Of a DNA stretch of 64,000 nt, positions 63,412 through 64,000 are shown in pieces; position 1 is the stretch's first letter; every line of letters starts with the position of its first letter. The DNA comes from Candidatus Poseidoniaceae archaeon. GTDB taxonomy: Archaea > Thermoplasmatota > Poseidoniia > Poseidoniales > Poseidoniaceae. The notes below the pieces were generated by a model. The model saw only the letters and a program-made list of their open reading frames with translations, was not told the DNA's origin and made no database searches. A program made the position numbers and the translations under genes. The stretch is from NCBI GenBank assembly GCA_028822845.1, contig JAPKCS010000004.1:14626-78625 (forward strand), read 5' to 3'.

Positions 63412-64000
63412 TCAGCAGGCCGACATTTCGCCGTCTTCATTGCTGAAATCAAGGTCCCAAGCGCTTGAACTGGATTGCACCGAGCTATCGCCCGTGTAGT
63501 ATTCATTGGTGACGATCACTTGGAATGTATAACATCCCGCATTATCATAGAAATCCTCCTTCTTGAGGATTTCAATCATACCAGTGTCAGCATCGTAACC
63601 AGTGCCTGAAATACCCATCCAGCGGTCTGTGCTGCCAGACTTTGAACCTGACACTGCACTGACCCAGGTTGCTGCGGTGCCGTCGACTGTGATTATTGGA
63701 GATTGCCACTTCTGACTGCTCCCCTTCATGACCTTGATTTGGATGGTGTAGTCAGAAAAGACAGGGAGGTAATTATTCACGGTGCTCATGCTGTGATCTC
63801 CACCATCTTCAGCTTCTTCAGAGGGGCCAAAGAGTCCTACAATCGATTCAACGAGCAAGCCGTCGACTTCCGTGTCCGTGCTGGAGCTCGATGTTTCAGT
63901 TTTGGTGATCATGGTGATTTTCGCGCCAGATTCGAGCACTTCACGGTTCATGAAAGCCGGAGGAATCTCCCGAGTTTCTGTTTGCCCATCATCGGATTCG
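63412..64000 (-). CDS. Hypothetical protein, probably 5'-truncated by the window edge
   Basis: The ORF-track Met is at 63951, but the same frame stays open to nt 64000 (..ESDDGQTETREIPPAFMNREV..). Ser/Thr-rich with no recognisable motif. Confidence 0.45.
   Translation of the reverse strand, partial: ESDDGQTETREIPPAFMNREVLESGAKITMITKTETSSSSTDTEVDGLLVESIVGLFGPSEEAEDGGDHSMSTVNNYLPVFSDYTIQIKVMKGSSQKWQSPIITVDGTAATWVSAVSGSKSGSTDRWMGISGTGYDADTGMIEILKKEDFYDNAGCYTFQVIVTNEYYTGDSSVQSSSSAWDLDFSNEDGEMSAC

Noticed and set aside
1-64000. CRISPR arrays, tRNA/rRNA genes, IS elements, integrases, long nucleotide-level tandem repeats
   Set aside because: Intergenic spacers are short (mostly under 160 bp), and none folds into a tRNA-like cloverleaf by eye. 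No spaced direct repeats, transposase or integrase-like ORFs were seen. The repeats in the giant genes are diverged at the DNA level and visible only in protein.

Overview
Archaeal chromosomal window, very gene-dense, with strong GGTGA/GGAGG Shine-Dalgarno sites inside operons. I found no rRNA, tRNA, CRISPR array, transposase or integrase. Archaeal markers are ribosomal protein uS15 (archaeal type), archaeosine synthase ArcS, archaeal-type GluRS, RNase HII, CDP-archaeol synthase CarS and an AglB/STT3 oligosaccharyltransferase. With a bacterial-type DnaJ and many giant surface proteins, this suggests a marine Thermoplasmatota-like archaeon (Marine Group II/III style); that is inference only. 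Housekeeping genes (SRAP, rnhB, gltX, CBS, rps15, arcS, dnaJ, GT2, purD, carS) are interspersed with predicted secreted or membrane-anchored proteins. By summed ORF length, those envelope proteins take up about two thirds of the window. The main feature is a ~35-kb cell-envelope island (19.6-55.0 kb). It holds: (a) a minus-strand operon encoding a 1917-1955-aa calcium-binding TSP3-repeat/beta-propeller protein, a 1807-aa anchored protein, a 150-aa acidic protein and a metzincin-like lipoprotein; (b) a divergent plus-strand unit with a YycJ-like MBL hydrolase and three translationally coupled class-III-signal-peptide (archaeal type IV pilin-like) proteins, with no assembly ATPase or platform gene nearby; (c) a minus-strand array encoding a 3186-aa AglB, a membrane-anchored subtilase, a 1465-aa beta-helix protein and a wHTH-STAND-TPR NTPase. 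The AglB carries extra N-terminal TM segments and a ~2100-aa ectodomain closed by a second TM anchor. Functions of the giant proteins are inferred from motifs read by eye. Motif coordinates were counted from ORF-track ends and may be off by a few nt. No homology search or structure prediction could be run.
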